A stretch of 64,000 nucleotides of DNA from an uncultured Erysipelotrichaceae bacterium (GTDB lineage Bacteria > Bacillota_I > Bacilli_A > RFN20 > CAG-826): the NCBI GenBank assembly GCA_902800355.1, contig CADCEE010000003.1, positions 662 through 64,661 of the forward strand, given 5' to 3'. The notes under the pieces were generated by a model. The model did not search any database and was not told the origin of the DNA. It saw only the letters and a list, made by a program, of their open reading frames with translations. The translations under genes were made by a program, and so were the position numbers. Of the stretch, positions 62,971 to 64,000 are shown piece by piece (within the stretch, counting starts at the first letter, position 1; every line of letters begins with the position of its first letter).

Positions 62971-63846
62971 ATGAAAATAGCAATATATTACTTCTCTGGA
63001 ACCGGTAACACTGAATTAGTCTGCAAGAAATGGGCTGAAGAAGCTAAAAAACATCATATCGAATGTGATTTATTTAAAGTTGAAGATGTCAAAGAAGAAA
63101 AAATAGATGTTTCTAACTATGACAAAGTAGGTATTGCTTACCCAATTCACGCTTTCAATGCACCTAGAGTGCTTTGGAAATTTACTACTAGAATCGCTAA
63201 ACTTTCCGCTAAAAAGCCAGCATTTATCATTATGGTGAGTGGTGAATATATGACATTGAACCATTCTAGCGATTATAAAGTAGCGCGTATTTTAAAAAGA
63301 AGAAATCTTGTTATTGAAAGTGAATATCATTACTTAATGCCTTATAACATGATTTTTAGACATACAGAAAAGCGAGCCTATGAAATGTATAAGACAATGC
63401 TTGCGTTATCAGAATTAGATGTTAAGGAATATCTTGCTGAGAATAAACCTCATAAACTTAAAGAGCATCTATCAGTGCATTTCTTTATTTGGCTTATCAG
63501 AATTGAACAACTATACGCCCCTTTATATGGGAAGATGCTTAGAATTAAGAAAAAGAAATGTATTAAATGCATGAAATGTGTGAACTCTTGTCCTTTAAAT
63601 AACATCAAATATGCAGATGGAAAATTCAAGTTTGGATGGCACTGTACGTTATGTGCACGCTGCTCATTCAATTGTCCTACTAATGCCTTCTCTTGTGGCT
63701 TCTTACAGTTCTGGAAAGTGAATGGAAGATATAAGTTTAAAGAGCCTGAAATTGAAGAAGTAGATAAGCACAAAAGATACTGCAAAAAGAGCTATATCAG
63801 ATACTATAAAGAGGCAAGCGAACGCCTTAATCAAATAGAGAAATAA
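62971..63846 (+). CDS. flavodoxin-like plus 2x[4Fe-4S] ferredoxin-domain protein (EFR1-like)
   Basis: MKIAIYYFSGTGNTELV. CIKCMKCVNSCP and CTLCARCSFNCP clusters. Confidence 0.7.
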   Translation: MKIAIYYFSGTGNTELVCKKWAEEAKKHHIECDLFKVEDVKEEKIDVSNYDKVGIAYPIHAFNAPRVLWKFTTRIAKLSAKKPAFIIMVSGEYMTLNHSSDYKVARILKRRNLVIESEYHYLMPYNMIFRHTEKRAYEMYKTMLALSELDVKEYLAENKPHKLKEHLSVHFFIWLIRIEQLYAPLYGKMLRIKKKKCIKCMKCVNSCPLNNIKYADGKFKFGWHCTLCARCSFNCPTNAFSCGFLQFWKVNGRYKFKEPEIEEVDKHKRYCKKSYIRYYKEASERLNQIEK

Positions 63847-63977
63847 TTTCTTAGTAATATACAAATATGGGGCTTTTTCCGATAAAATTTGCGAAAAAAC
63901 CCATTATTTTTTCAAAATTTCTTTACACACACGCCTATATGTATATAATTAAGTATAGATAGGAGATTTTTGTCTAT

Positions 63978-64000
63978 GAAAAAGAGTCATAAAATTACAT
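63978..64000 (+). CDS. start of an unidentified gene (truncated by the window end)
   Basis: taggaga RBS then ATGAAAAAGAGTCAT. Upstream lies the AAAATTTGCGAAAAAA / TTTTTTCAAAATTTC motif pair. Confidence 0.3.

Noticed and set aside
1-64000. Mycoplasma-type genetic code (TGA read as Trp), given the very low G+C content and Mollicute-like gene set
   Set aside because: TGA ends well-defined genes at their expected lengths, for example ftsY at 7689-7691. All housekeeping ORFs are full length under the standard code. Code 11 is therefore used.

Overview
This is a very AT-rich, gene-dense bacterial chromosome segment. TGA works as a stop codon (for example at the ftsY/ylxM junction), so translation follows code 11, not the Mycoplasma code. 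Gene content and order suggest a low-GC Bacillota/Mollicutes-like organism, perhaps Acholeplasma- or Erysipelotrichia-like, but this is only an impression from the sequence. Positions 1-30.7 kb are a conserved housekeeping block with Bacillus-like synteny: yloV-recG-plsX-rnc-ftsY-ylxM-ffh, rpsP-khpA-rimM-trmD, rplS-lepB-rbgA-rnhB-dprA-topA-xerC, and rpsB-tsf-pyrH-frr-uppS-cdsA-dxr-rseP-polC. It carries three oddities: a T17 tract inside recG, a frameshifted ffh, and a local inversion of the rpsP-trmD block. Positions 30.7-49.6 kb are a mosaic of small cassettes (acyl-CoA ligase, MATE, thyA-folA, a heterodimeric ABC exporter, ArsR plus a P1B-ATPase, deoD, cdaA, Nudix, NERD, gltX). Nine single tRNA genes punctuate this stretch, and six of them have C34 anticodons. 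Positions 49.6-57.7 kb look like an accessory region with no integrase gene, attached to the 3' end of tRNA-Glu. Four related hairpin repeats divide it into three parts: (i) an HTH controller, two MTases and an HNH-type putative restriction enzyme; (ii) a MerR-regulated cassette; (iii) a DUF1016/YhcG PD-(D/E)XK nuclease operon. That nuclease operon is preceded by about 800 nt with no ORF. This gap holds a promoter-to-terminator structured RNA candidate of about 330 nt and three 83-85 bp tandem repeats whose hairpin stems covary. I consider this last locus the most interesting. All alignments, folds and counts were done by eye.
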